Shown: in pieces, positions 48,044-60,000 of the stretch
Position numbering within the stretch: position 1 is the first letter of the stretch
Layout: every line of letters begins with the position of its first letter
Source of the DNA: Takakia lepidozioides
Lineage: Eukaryota > Plantae > Bryophyta
NCBI GenBank assembly: GCA_030704615.1
Contig: CM060734.1
Span: 20,460,001-20,524,000 of the forward strand
Reading direction: 5' to 3'
Length of the DNA stretch: 64,000 nucleotides
Program-made: the position numbers and the translations under genes
Notes under the pieces: model-generated
The model's database searches: none
Seen by the model: the letters and a program-made list of their open reading frames with translations, nothing else
What the model was told of the DNA's origin: nothing

Positions 48044-48652
48044 TACATGGGTCATGTGATTAAAAACAAATCTACCTGGTATTTATTCGAAACTATACTA
48101 CGTGGCGCGACCTTATTGGGTGGTTCAAGGGTTGGCGTCGCATGATAGGTGCATGGCGCTCTCTTTGTGGGTGGATGAGAAACCTAATTGCTGCGAGTGC
48201 GGTGCGGGGAGAAGGATGTGTGATGCATTTGAGTGTTTGTGTTTATAGAGTAGAGATGATGGGGCCGTGCTGAAGGGGATTCAAATCCGTTCTTTGACGA
48301 CCCAAGTGGAGTGATTGTGTGACGACCCATTGGGTGTGGATCTTGGACTGGAGTGTAAAGAATCTCTGGAAGTTTTGGGTCAATCCGAGGTTGACCTGCA
48401 TTTTTGTAAAGAGGGCACCGTCTTGTTATTTTATCAGCTGCAGCTGCGATCTCCAAACTTGAAATTATCTGAGATTCATGGTGATCGGGAGGAGGTGAGT
48501 TGGGAAGAAGGGAGGAACCGAATCGAAAGCGTGGAACGATCTGAGTGGGGGAAGTTGGGTTGTTGTTCATACGGAGGAGAGCACAAACAGGAGGAAGGGA
48601 AGGGGCGAAACTGGAGAAGAGAGAGGGTGGGAGGAGGGTTTGGTTTTGAGAG

Positions 48653-51600
48653 ATGGCGGATCATTCCCGGGAGGTTGATGAGAAATTGGCTTACTTCCAG
48701 GATGTAACGGGCGTGGAGGATGTGTTTCTGTCCCAGCAGATTTTGGAAGCTCATGGCTGGGATCTGGATGCGGCAGTGAGTGCAATGGTAGACACGAATT
48801 CGCAGGCAACTCCAGAGTACGGTGCAGCTGGGAAGAGCGACGTGGATGCAGGCAGCTCCAGCCAATGGAACACAGCGGTGGATGAGCCTTCCAGTGCCTT
48901 GGAGAGGGGTCCTGGGCCAACGTCTACAAGTCCATCGAATTTTGCAGGTCCAGAGAGATTTGGATTGAACGCCACACGGCACAACTATGAGAGATTCAGG
49001 GATGACGGACCAAGATACGAGAGGTTGGGAGAGTATCCTTCCAATCAGGGCAGCAATTTGGCGGTGGGACGAAACCCTCCAGGCCCCAATGTTGTGTGGA
49101 GAGTTGTGACTCTACCGTTCTCTATCCTTCGGGGAAGTTACAGTCTCATGTATGGTGCTGTAGGTTTGAGCATGTGGATGGCAGGAGGGGTCCTGAATTT
49201 CGGGTTAGGAGCATTGGGATTAACAGGAGGAGATAGGAGAGGGGAGAGTCGTGGGCTGCTGTCAGTGCCTTCAGGCACAGCAGAGGCTGCCAGTTTCTTG
49301 AGGAATTTTGAGAGGGAGTATGGGGAGTATCACCCCGCTTTTCAGGTGACGAGTTTCATGGAAGCACTGCGACGGGCAGGCCAACAGTTCAAATTTCTGT
49401 TTGTGTATTTGCACTCTCCAGAGCATGTGAATACACCCTTGTTTTGTGAGAGGGCGCTGTGCACTGAGCCAGTGGTGCAGTTTGTAAATGAGAATTTTGT
49501 GGCATGGGGGGGGGATGTGCGCACCAGTGAGGGCTTCCAAATGAGCAACAGTCTCAAGGCGTCCACCTTCCCTTTTTGTGCTGTTGTTATGGGCTCATCC
49601 AACCAGCGCATTGCCCTTCTCCAGCAGGTATGGGACTATTCCCTCTTTGTCTTTCTCTCTCGGGCATATGTAACTTCTCATGAGTACATTCTCATGGGCA
49701 TATTTGCAACCTGCTATCCTGGTGGGTTACAGCCTTCTGGGTTTCAGTACAGTTAGTGTCCCAAGGTTGCTAAAAAAATCACACAGCTTTCACATTATTG
49801 CGTGCAAGTGGTGAATAGGATCTTTTGTGATGAGTTGACGATTGTATTGGAAAACAATTTTCCCCTTTTGGCTGTTCCTTGTCCTCTATGCTCACAGATT
49901 GCTTAAAGAAACTGTGATTATGTGCAGGGTAGAGAGATTCTTTGATGAACTTGTTCTTTGGCAGTAGGTCTCACTGCTGATTTCAATTGTACTATCCCCA
50001 TGTCCCTCCTGCAGGGTTTTCTGGCAGTCGGTACTGTTGTAATTGGTAGGCCAAAGATAGTTGATATTATGTTAGGCCTTTATCTAGCTATGTATTGTTG
50101 TGTCCAGTCAAGTTGATATTGTTGCTGTTAATAACTACTTGGAGCAAGCCCAAGTTCTCGATGAGATAAGCTTCTTTCTAGATGCTTAAGCATTAAGGGA
50201 GTCCAAGCAGTACCATCTTATAATGCAGGCAAGATAGCTTTGTCCTCCTGATGATTTTGACATTTAACCTGCCTTGGGAGCCTAGGAATGTGAGAAAGAG
50301 TTGAAGTTTGAAGTAACTTCACGAGATTCTAGGGCTCAGTGTGGGTCACAGCCCGCTGACACTGTCCAACAATTCCCCTTCTCTGCGCATGTAGGTTTTA
50401 TTACACTTGAACGACACTTCGAGTGGTGACGTCATGATCAAAGCAGAATCCTTGGACCCAAATAGGTATTAGTTCAGAGTCAACAATGTGCAGCTCAGAC
50501 TAGGGTTGAAAGTAGGATCTAATATAGAGAAGTACTTTACAGGTTGCCCTTTGGTGCCTCTTCTTGGGACCATGAGCTTCTTGTGGAGGGCACTATATTT
50601 CCTCAGAGTCAGCTTTCATTGTATAGTGAGTCACTCCTAGGAATTTTGTGATTGCTTCTGAGTTACAAATGCATTTTACACAGGTTCCAACTTTGTTGTG
50701 GTCTGAGCTTCTTCCTTTTACTCTATTTTTGCTTGCACTAATGGGTCATATTTCATCTAATTATCATTTGAATGTACCTTGCATGGGGAAGAGTCTCATT
50801 TATGCTGGCTCTCTTCTCTCTCTCTCTCTCACGCTAATGTGCATTATGAACTTTTCAACTTGTTATGTTGCCCATTGTGAAACTATTTACTTTCCCATAC
50901 GTTCCGCCTTCTGATCTATACAGTACAGAATGGGTTGGTTCTCCTGGTCTGTCCCATGTTGGCAAGATGTTCCAAAAACTATGATGTGGTGCTGGATTGG
51001 CCTTGTTTCAGGTGGAAGGTCCCAGGTCTGTGGCAGAGCTAGTATCCATTCTACAGAGGGTAGTGGAGGAACAAGGTGCAGCGTTGGTGGCCGCCCGTGT
51101 TGAGGAGGAGGAGCGCCAACTTAATCGCCGACTGCGTGAAGAGCAAGATGCTGCATACCAAGCTGCACTTCAAGCTGACCAGGTACAGACATACTTAGTC
51201 TTGCTCCTGCTCACTTCAGAGGTCCGTATCAACAAGTTCCCAATGTCCACAAGACTGGATTTTGGGAGAGGGAAAGGACAAAAGGAAGATGACCTATAAT
51301 TTTCCCCTTCAAACAAGTACAGAATGATATTGTCCTTGCAAACCCACTGTATGGACAAACTATTATTAGTGCAATGCGCCTGAACTTTGCAAGGATGAGG
51401 AGCTGAGAGTACTCAAATTGAAGTTTCCCATGGGATACTTATGTGCTGACCGGATGTACTTGAGAGTTGCTAGGAGAGGGAGCGCAGACGTCTTGCAGAA
51501 GCTGAAGTTGCTACCAAAGAGGCAGCTGACGTTGAGCACAAAAGGAAGGATGAAGAAGATGCAGCAGCTCAGGCTGCCCAGGAAGCTGCAGAAAGAGAGG

Positions 51601-52100
51601 CAGCCCTGGAGTGTCGCAGGCGTGAGAAAGCCATGTCACTTGGTACAGAGCCTGAAAAAGGCCCTGATGTAACACAAGTGAGTGCATATATCTTGATGTA
51701 TAAGCTTTTGGTGTGTAAATTCTGAAGGATTGGGTATGGTGGCGTTTCACGCCCTAGTCTTCAGAAAGTGATTGGCACGTTGTTTGTTTGAGCATGAATT
51801 TCCCTTTTTTCAGTGGTTAGGTCCATGGAACTGAAGAAGGTGAGTGTGTGGGGGACTGATTGGCAGGTGCTGGTGCGATTGCCCAATGGGGAACGCAAAG
51901 AGCGCAGGTTTGACAGTGGTGCAAAGGTGCAGTCTATTTATGACTATGTGGATTCATCTGGAACTTTTGATGCTGTCAAATACAGCTTGGTTTCCAACTT
52001 TCCTCGAACTGTTTATGGTCCTGACAAATTGGACCTGACTCTGAAGAGTGCAGGCCTTCATCCCCATGCTAGCCTTTTTGTTCAAGTGGAAGATAGCTAG
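48653..52100 (+). CDS. PUX10: Plant UBX domain-containing protein 10-like (FAF2/UBXD8 family CDC48/p97 adaptor), 527 aa, 4 exons
   Basis: Exons 48653-49627, 51012-51182, 51474-51677 and 51867-52100 (all phase 0, GT-AG, 1,584 nt). N-terminal UBA-like (LAYFQDVTG...LEAHGWDLDAAV), hydrophobic hairpin (VVWRVVTLPFSIL...), UAS (FLFVYLHSPEH), coiled coil (RRLREEQDAAY), UBX (VRLPNGERKERRF...SNFPR). Confidence 0.93.
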
Positions 52101-53303
52101 GGGCAGCCTTGATATGGGTTGTTGTAGAGCTTGTCTCTCTTGGTGATCCAATTTTGGATATTGGCTGCTTCCATGGTGCAATAAAAGGTATAATAACTCG
52201 CAAGAGGGTGAACCATGCTCACAAATGGTGAGTGCTCCAACATTCAAGCTACTCATTTGGCTTGCCATCCCAGGTTGTTGGCTGTCTTGATCAGACGGAT
52301 TGTGGTCGACGAAACCATGCTGCTTGTGATACCTTCCAAATTGTACACTTCTGGCCTTATGCAGCAATATTAATTACCATTCTGCTTTCTGGAAGCAAAA
52401 TGTATTTTCTTTTGAAGTCAATACACTGGTGTATTTTGAGTCGCTGATGGATACTTTGCCATGTTTGAATTGAGAATCAGAACCTATAGTGGTTTGATAG
52501 GGGTGCTGTGTACGTTTATGAAGCTCTAAAATTTTACTTTTCCTAAGGTCTCATTAGTGACAGGGAAGTCTCACTTGTATTCACAAGCTCTGCATCTTTG
52601 TGAAGTGTGCAACACTGGAGCCAGGTACCCGATGACTGGGATTTTCCTTCTGCACTGCTAAATTCCAGTGGTAGTGTTCCAGGGGAAGCTGATGATGCTC
52701 AGGTGTCTTGTTGACTGCATATATTTGAGAGCTGATAAATGCTTGGAATTGAAGGATGATATCCAAAGAGGCAGAGAAAAGAAAATTTAGAAGAGAACAG
52801 ATCTGAAGGGAGGCAGAAAAAAGAAAATTAAGGGAGAAGGTGCAGAAGGGACCCCACTCATCCGCCAAATAACAGGCTTGTTGCAGAAAGCTGTTCAGTG
52901 ATGAATAGGGTAGAAGCACCGTTCATGGCGATTGTGCCCCTCTATGACACGATAATCTCTGATGGCGTGGGGTGAAGGCGCTCCTTCCACAGTGCACACT
53001 TGTTACAACTGCTATTATGAAACAAATGCATAAAGTAGCCAAGGATGAAGGGACACATCCAAAATGATCTTGGTGGGACCACCATGTGATGGAAGATAAG
53101 CCACCATAGGAACCCCCAAATATCCATTCGTTGTGATACGACCTTTCCCTGGCCTATTTGAGCCGTAGTAAATGTCATTTGAGCAATCGCTAAACCATTT
53201 GAGCCTACAATCACACAAATTTGCAGGCCCAGCCCTCTGTCTTTGAACCACCATACAGTGCCAGACGTGTCACCATAAGAAAAAAATGACACTAATAAAT
53301 GGG

Positions 53304-54340
53304 CACTACTCCAATGGGGGGGGGGGGGGGGGGGGGGTTTAGCGACGCCCGAGCAACCTCCCCGGGGTCGGTAATGGGGGCTAAAGCCGTTGCGGCCAAG
53401 TCCCAGATAGCTACCCCTACACCGTCGGAATGGCGTCGCTAAAACGGGGTCGCAAAATAGGAGAGCTTAGACCGACCCTTACCCCCCCCCCCCCCCCCCG
53501 CAAGGGGGTCGATGCAATACCCCGCGACCAGCCCCCTCAAAGCGACCCCCTGTCCGACACTGTAGATCGCCCCCGGGGCGACCCCCAGGGGGTCGCTCGG
53601 TTAAATTTTTTTCCTTCAAAAAAACCAGTTAAAACTCAAAGAACACCTACCGACCGCCCGGGGGCGGGTACAATGCAACGCTGCTACTGGTCGACGGGCA
53701 GGGATGGTGGAAAAGTGTGCGCGACCCCCAAGGGGTCGGATTTACCTAACGACGGGTTTGTTGGGGACCGGGGGTATCGCCATGATGTGACCCAGGGGGG
53801 TCTGATGTACCTAGCGACGGGTTTGGCGGGGGCCGGGGATATCGCCATGATGCGACCCTGGGTGGTCGGATTTACCTAACGACGGGTTTGGCGGGGGAGG
53901 GGGGTATCGCCATTATGCGACCCCCAGGGGGCCGGTGATACCCAATGATCTGCAGTGACTGGGGCAGGCATATCGCCAGGATGCGACCCCCTGAGGATCG
54001 TTGTTATCCGCGACGGGCAGATATGGGGCAACACAAAGCGACCACCAAGGGAGTCGCTTGACGGGTTCTAACGCCGTGGGGGTCGGTGTGCACCAGCGAC
54101 GGACAAGGATGTGGGGGCAAGGGAGCGTCCCCCAGGGGGTCGGTGTTACGAAGCGACGTGTTCGTCGGCCGGGGCCAAAACCTTCAGCGACCCCCTGGGG
54201 GTTAGTTCTTAGAAGCGACAGGCAGGGCCAACTTGGTTTAACCCTAAACCGACCCCCGGGGGGTCGGTTTTTTCCAGGCAACGGGAAGAGGCATGCCTGG
54301 GTGAACCCTAAAGCCATCCCTAGGGGGTCGGCCTTCAAAT
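53304..54340 (+). mobile_element. Second CACTA/EnSpm-type terminus with GC-rich subterminal repeats
   Basis: CACTACTCCAATGGGG...TTTAGCGACG at 53304; many (G)CGACCCC/GGGGTCG motifs in both orientations; ~60-65-bp tandem units at ~53735-53940. Confidence 0.6.
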
Positions 54341-54849
54341 GAGGTTTTCTTTTGTTTTATTTATTTGCTTTATATTACCCCTGCGCATTGGGTCGCCTTG
54401 TAAATAGTGGGCCGAGAAGCTTCCTAGAGCCTCTTTGTAGGTGTAACCTATATGTCCACAACAAAGCAAGCCGAGAGATATGGTCCCCTGGTCAGGGTCC
54501 ATTGCCCCTGATATAGATTCTCAAGAAGTGATTGCCTTCGATTTAGAATGCCTCAAATTGCACTCCCTCAAGATGGCGCAGCACGACATCCCGGTACACT
54601 TTTCAGGTCGTCCGAGAGACAAGGACTGGGCTCGCAAATGGGTTCTTGAGCATCTTGGCGGAGAGGGTGGCCTCCCGCGAATTAGACGACAAGCAACCGC
54701 TGCTAGAAATAATCAATAAAACATAACGAGGTCGAAGCCTCATATCCTGTATATGCATTATATAATATGCGTCTTCTATACTACTAGATACCATCATGGA
54801 CTCCGAGGTCCTTGAGGGTCAACATATCATCGTGCGAACCATGATCATC

Positions 54850-55490
54850 ACCCTGATCACTCCAGGATATATCATGTGGCCCAAATAAATCTGGTTGTGG
54901 AAGAACTTGCACTTCCCAGGGTGCAATTTCAACCCATGCGCTCTCAAACGCTCAAACACTATCTGAAGGCGTCTCTCGTGCTCCTCAATCGTAGCACTAA
55001 AGATGATGATGTCATCAATGTAGCACCGGACAAAGTCTAGCCCTACAAAAATCCTATCCATGACCCTCTGAAATTCTGCAGGAGCAGTCTTCAACCCAAA
55101 CGGTAAGAACCGCCATTGGTACAAACAATCCTTCCCATGCTGGTCAATCCCCCAAAATGTCGTCTTTTGCTTGTCAGCCTCTTTGCTATGTTGGGTGAGG
55201 CACAATCCTCACACGGCCATCCTCCCACACTCGGAGCAGGTGTGTCCCCTCCCACTTGAACCTCTTGGCTCGTTGTAGGATTCGATCCCTCTCCTTGGCA
55301 GTCACAGTGGCTGTCGTGTCTCCAGTGCAAAGATAGTCTAACACAGCCGAATCCTCATATATATCTTTGGCACCACCTGGCTCGTCACTAGCCTCAGGGT
55401 CCTCAGACACTCCGTCTACAGTCATCCCTATCGTAGGTCCAACTTGGCCTCCCGCTGCCAAGATACACAAAAATGCAGATGCGTGCCATC
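54850..55490 (-). pseudogene. Inverted, scrambled fragments of a different Ty3/gypsy family (pre-integrase linker joined to RT core)
   Basis: 55186-55490 ends ...RVRIVPHPT; 54850-55185 reads KTTFWG...LPFGLKTAPAEFQRVMD...CYIDDIIIFS...LKLHPGKC. Confidence 0.8.
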
Positions 55491-56734
55491 CCGGCACGGT
55501 TAGTACGGCATGCCCATGAGGAGTTGGGGCATTTTGGAGTGCGACACACTCATAGTTTACTACAGGGGTAGTATTGGTGGCGTGGTATGCATACAGAGGT
55601 GCAACGGTTCGTGGCTAGGTGCATGGTGTGTGACAGGGTGCGTGCTTCATTCAATGCCCTACGCCATAGTTGCATCATTTACCCATCATGAGGTTGGGCT
55701 ACAGGTGGAGTCTTGACTTCGCAGGACCGTTGCCACTGACGATGCGCCACCACAGATATGTGTTGGTGATGGTGGAGCACTTCTCCAAGTGGATTGAGTT
55801 GGTTCCACTGCCTGACAAGGCTAGTGAGGGGGCTGCGTATGCATTCTTGGATTGTGTGCTTAGCCGATTCAGCTGAAGTGCTCACGTCTTAGGGGAGTTT
55901 TAGGCTTTGTGTGATAAAACCTTGATAGACCACCGCACCACTTCTCGGGATTATCGTGAGGCCGATGACCTCACGATGGTTTGACAGAGAGAGTTGTGCA
56001 GACGGTAAAGATGGGTTTGCGCAAGTATGGCTTGCAGAAGAGACACCTAGGAGATTGGGATCTTCAGTTACCTTGGTTAGCCATGGGCTACAGGTTCAGC
56101 ATCACTTGCCTCCTTCTCACCATATTTCTTTCTCTTTGGCCAAGAGCCGGATTTGCTTGCAGCCATTTGTAGGGACACTGATCAAGTCCTTAACCTTGAT
56201 GATCTGGACGTGTGGGTACGTGCATATGATCAGCGTGCAGAGTTGTTCAAGAAAGTCATGCCCATGGCTTTTGAGAACCTTGCCATTGCACAACACCGTG
56301 ATACGTTGAGGTATGTCACTATACGTGGTGGAGGATATCGTCCTGGGGTTCGGAGGTTTAGCCCTGGTGACTATGTTTATTTGCAGCAGACTGCTCCTAC
56401 AACCTTGGATGTGACTGCAGGGCGTGTTATTCTAAGGGTTCGAGAGGTGTTGCCCTCAGGAGTCTTGATCTTGGAGGGTTGAGATGACATGACTTAGAAG
56501 GACCATGTGCGTAATTGTGCGCCATGTCACCTTCCCAATGTCGATGGCAGGATTGACCCAAACTTGGCAGTGGCACCTGCAGGTTTGAGGTGTATGTTGT
56601 GTGGGTCTGCCAAAGGGGCAGCCACTATGCTGGTATGTGACCGATGCTCAAGAGGTTGGCACATGGGATGCTTGACACCACCTCTTGAGAAGGTTCCTGA
56701 TGGAGATTGGTTATGTCCATACTGCTTGGGATAG
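55491..56734 (+). pseudogene. Ty3/gypsy integrase remnant with a C-terminal PHD finger
   Basis: HAHEELGHFG...YWWRGM...CMVC (HHCC); WSLDFAGP, VEHFSKW and TERVVQTVK core; terminal CMLC...CDRC...HMGC...WLCPYC (C4HC3 PHD). Stops and frameshifts throughout. Confidence 0.85.
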
Positions 56735-57099
56735 TGGCAGTGGATATGACCAGTGGCAGTTAACAAGACATGGGCGGCCAAGCTCATAGGAGTCAATACA
56801 CGAGATCCCAGGCTCAAGTTCATAGGTTGTAAGACGACGACTAACGACGGGGCTACGCTTGTACCCGGCCTCTTGATCTATCGAGTTTGAGTGTAGTAGG
56901 GACAGTGGTGGGGAACTTAGTGAGGCTACGGTCACTATTGCATATTGTGGCTACCTGGACTTAGAGGGACCTAAGCACCAGCTAGAAGGGCGATTGTGGT
57001 GGACTAGTTACTGCCATAGTGGGCAGCATAGTACCAGCCTAGTGATTGGACTAGTGGCTGGACTAGTGGTATACAAATGTGTGGTGTGCACATGTGTTG

Positions 57100-60000
57100 T
57101 GTCGCGCACCTCACTTCGGTAAGCTCCCCTTCAAGTCATAGTTACTCGCTTTGATGCGCGCGCCTGACTCCCAACCCGGCCACCCGGGCCGACTTGGAGC
57201 TTCGGCTGCTCACCGAGACATAACGGTCCCCCTTCACTACCCTCTTGACCCTCTACCTATTTGGGACTAGGAGAATTCCCTTTGGTAGATGGCAGTCCGG
57301 AACAGCTCCCCACTCTTTGGTCGCTTTCCGGCTCACTCGCTTACTCACTAGTTTTTGGTCACCAACGGGCTTGCACCGTTCTCGGGGTTACTACTCCCTA
57401 TATATACTTCTGTAGCTGTCCGCGGGGGTTTCACAACCAGCCATGCCATTTTATGGCGAACCACCACAAAGACCCTCAATTCCCGGTGGTGAGTCGCAGT
57501 GAGTCTTGGCCCACTCACCGCGGCCCCAATGGACCGTGATGAGTCCCAAGACTCCCCACGACTCCCACCTCGAGGTCTCCACCCCATGGTGAGTCCTATG
57601 CCACCCCCACTAAGTCCCGCTAAGCTACCACCACCCCTTGTGGAGCCACCCCCACTGCAACCCGGTGTGCGGGGCTCCACCTAGTGAGTGCCTCCGCCTC
57701 CTTGAGTGCCTTGGGCACTCAAGGGTGCTTCAGCCCCCCCATACCTATCGCTGCCGCTGCCCCCACCACAGGGGCAGCCCCTCATGTGTCCCGACCCCCT
57801 GCCCTCAAGGCAAAGGGCCGCGACACACACCCCTACCAACAGAGAGTCGATGTCCTCATCGACTTGTCGTTTTGTAGAAACGAACATCCAAGTTGTGGCG
57901 TCCTACATCAAGGAGTTTGTTTCCGTATCATGGCGTCCCATGGCAAAGAACCAAACCCCACACTTGACTCTACTCTCCACTAGCTAGTTCGGCCGACTTC
58001 CTCCAAGTCCCGGCCAAGGGTGGAGCCTCTCAAGCTCCTCCCAGTGCACTCTTCTTGGCCTACTTCAAGGCCAAGGAACGATCCTCCTTGAGGATCGAAT
58101 CGCCTTACCGCAACAACATTGCTTGCGACCGCTCATGATGCCGCTTTTGGCATCACCTTGAGCAAGGGTTCACCTGGAACCCTCTTTGACTAGGAAGATA
58201 ACCTTGAACCAACCGTGCGCCCCAATCACTACAATTGGGTCCGCCTTGGAATGCTGGCCTGAAGTACGGGAACACGCCGAAGCCGCACTACGACTTCGTC
58301 CCGAGGCTACACGATTATAGTACGTGAACGGAAGCACGTAGCTTCCGCGTTAGCCCGCACTACAAAGCAACCCCCTCGGTAGCGCAGTTATAGTACGCGC
58401 ACGCGCCAGGTGCGCACTAGCACGTGAACTCCCAAAGAAGTCGCAAGTTTTCTTGCCCCTTGGATGGGGGTCATCCGATTTCGGCACTACGCAAACACAC
58501 GATTAACCCAATTTACCTCTCCCACTTTTATAAGCTAGCATGCATTCTACACACTAGCCAACCATACCATGCATCACCATTCCAAACAAAATAGGACGCA
58601 CAACATTTGGAACCCATTTCCTTTATAACAAATTTTTGTACAATACAAGTTTTTGTAATCGGATTCCTAAGCTAGCTAAGCCGGGCTAAGCATGCATTTC
58701 CTCCCCCACGCTCCAAGGTTGATGTCCCCATCAACGTTTCTTCCGCTTTTGAGGTCGCCCTTCGAAAGCTGCAACCGCCTCGGATGCGTTTCTCATTTCT
58801 GAGGCACGCACCCAAGATGCCTCCACATGATGATAGCCCTTCCATTTCACGAGATACTCCGTTTCTCGGTTCTTGAACCTCCTCGACTTAAGTATTGTCT
58901 CCACCTCGTACTCAGGTTCATTTTCATGATCCAATAGCATAGGTGGCGGACGCAACACTTGATGTCGATTCGGACGCGCTTCATCTTTGAAGTAAGGCTT
59001 CAAAAGGGAGACATGGAATACTGGGTGCACCTTGCTGTTTGCCGGCAGCTCCAATTCATACACATCCTCATTCATAACCTTCCGAATGCGAAAGGGTCCC
59101 GCATACGGAGGTACGAACTTCGGACTCACTTCCGGAGGTAGTCGGAAATTCTTGATGTTCAACCAGACCTCAGTGCCTGCCTCAAACTTCACTTCCCTCC
59201 GCTTCCGTTTCCTAGCTTTGGCAATGTTGTACTTTGCGAGCTTCAACAAACGCTCGCGTTCTTCCAGTACCGCCGCTACTGCCGGTTCCTCAACGTCCTG
59301 GGCGGCCCAACTTGTCGGCACCAGCGGTGCTTTTCCATAGACCAATACGAAAGGAGAAACTCCCGTTGCGGAGTGTTCTGTGTTATTATAACAGAACTCT
59401 GCCGCGTCTAAGTGTTCCATCCAGTCTGACTGGTCTGCCGACACGTAATTCCGCAAGAATTGCTTCACTACGGAATTCACTCTTTCCGTTTGGCCGTCCA
59501 TCGTAGGTCGGAAGGCGGTGCTCATCTTCAGCCTCGTCCCTATCTTCTTCCAAAGTGTCCTCCAAAATTTACTCGTAAACTTTGGATCGCGATCTGAGAC
59601 AATATCCTTCGGGACTCCATGATGCTTTAAGACGTGGGCGAAGTAAAGTCGCCCTGTCTCCTGCGCCGTTGCCGTCTCCTTGGTGGGGATGAAATGGCCC
59701 ATTTTACTGAACCTATCCACCACCACCATGATTGCATCGAATCCTTTTGACAGCGGCATAGCAGTCATGAAATCCATCGAGACGCTTTCCCAAGTCCCCT
59801 CTGGAATCGGCAAGGGTTGTAACAGCCCCGCTTGTTTTTTGTACTCGCTCCGGTTTTGTTGGCATGTGGTGCATGTCTTGACATACTCCTCTGCCTCCTC
59901 CCTCAGTTTGGGCCAGAAATACTCTTTCTTCAAGAGTGCCGCAGTGCGCTTGGCTCCGCCGTGGCCCGCAAGCGGGCTATCATGGCATTCTCTCAAGAGG

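Noticed and set aside
49628-49756. C-terminal extension of the 367-aa ORF as coding sequence
   Set aside because: Read-through into intron 1 of PUX10; homology continues in exon 2 after the GT donor at 49628.
52940-53290. Possible hAT dimerisation-domain remnant on the minus strand (ITWWSHQDHFGCVPSSLATL...)
   Set aside because: Too degenerate to support without a profile search.
54405-54409. TAGTG as the right end of the CACTA starting at 53304
   Set aside because: TIR match beyond CACTA is poor and the 3-bp flanks differ (GGG versus GGC).
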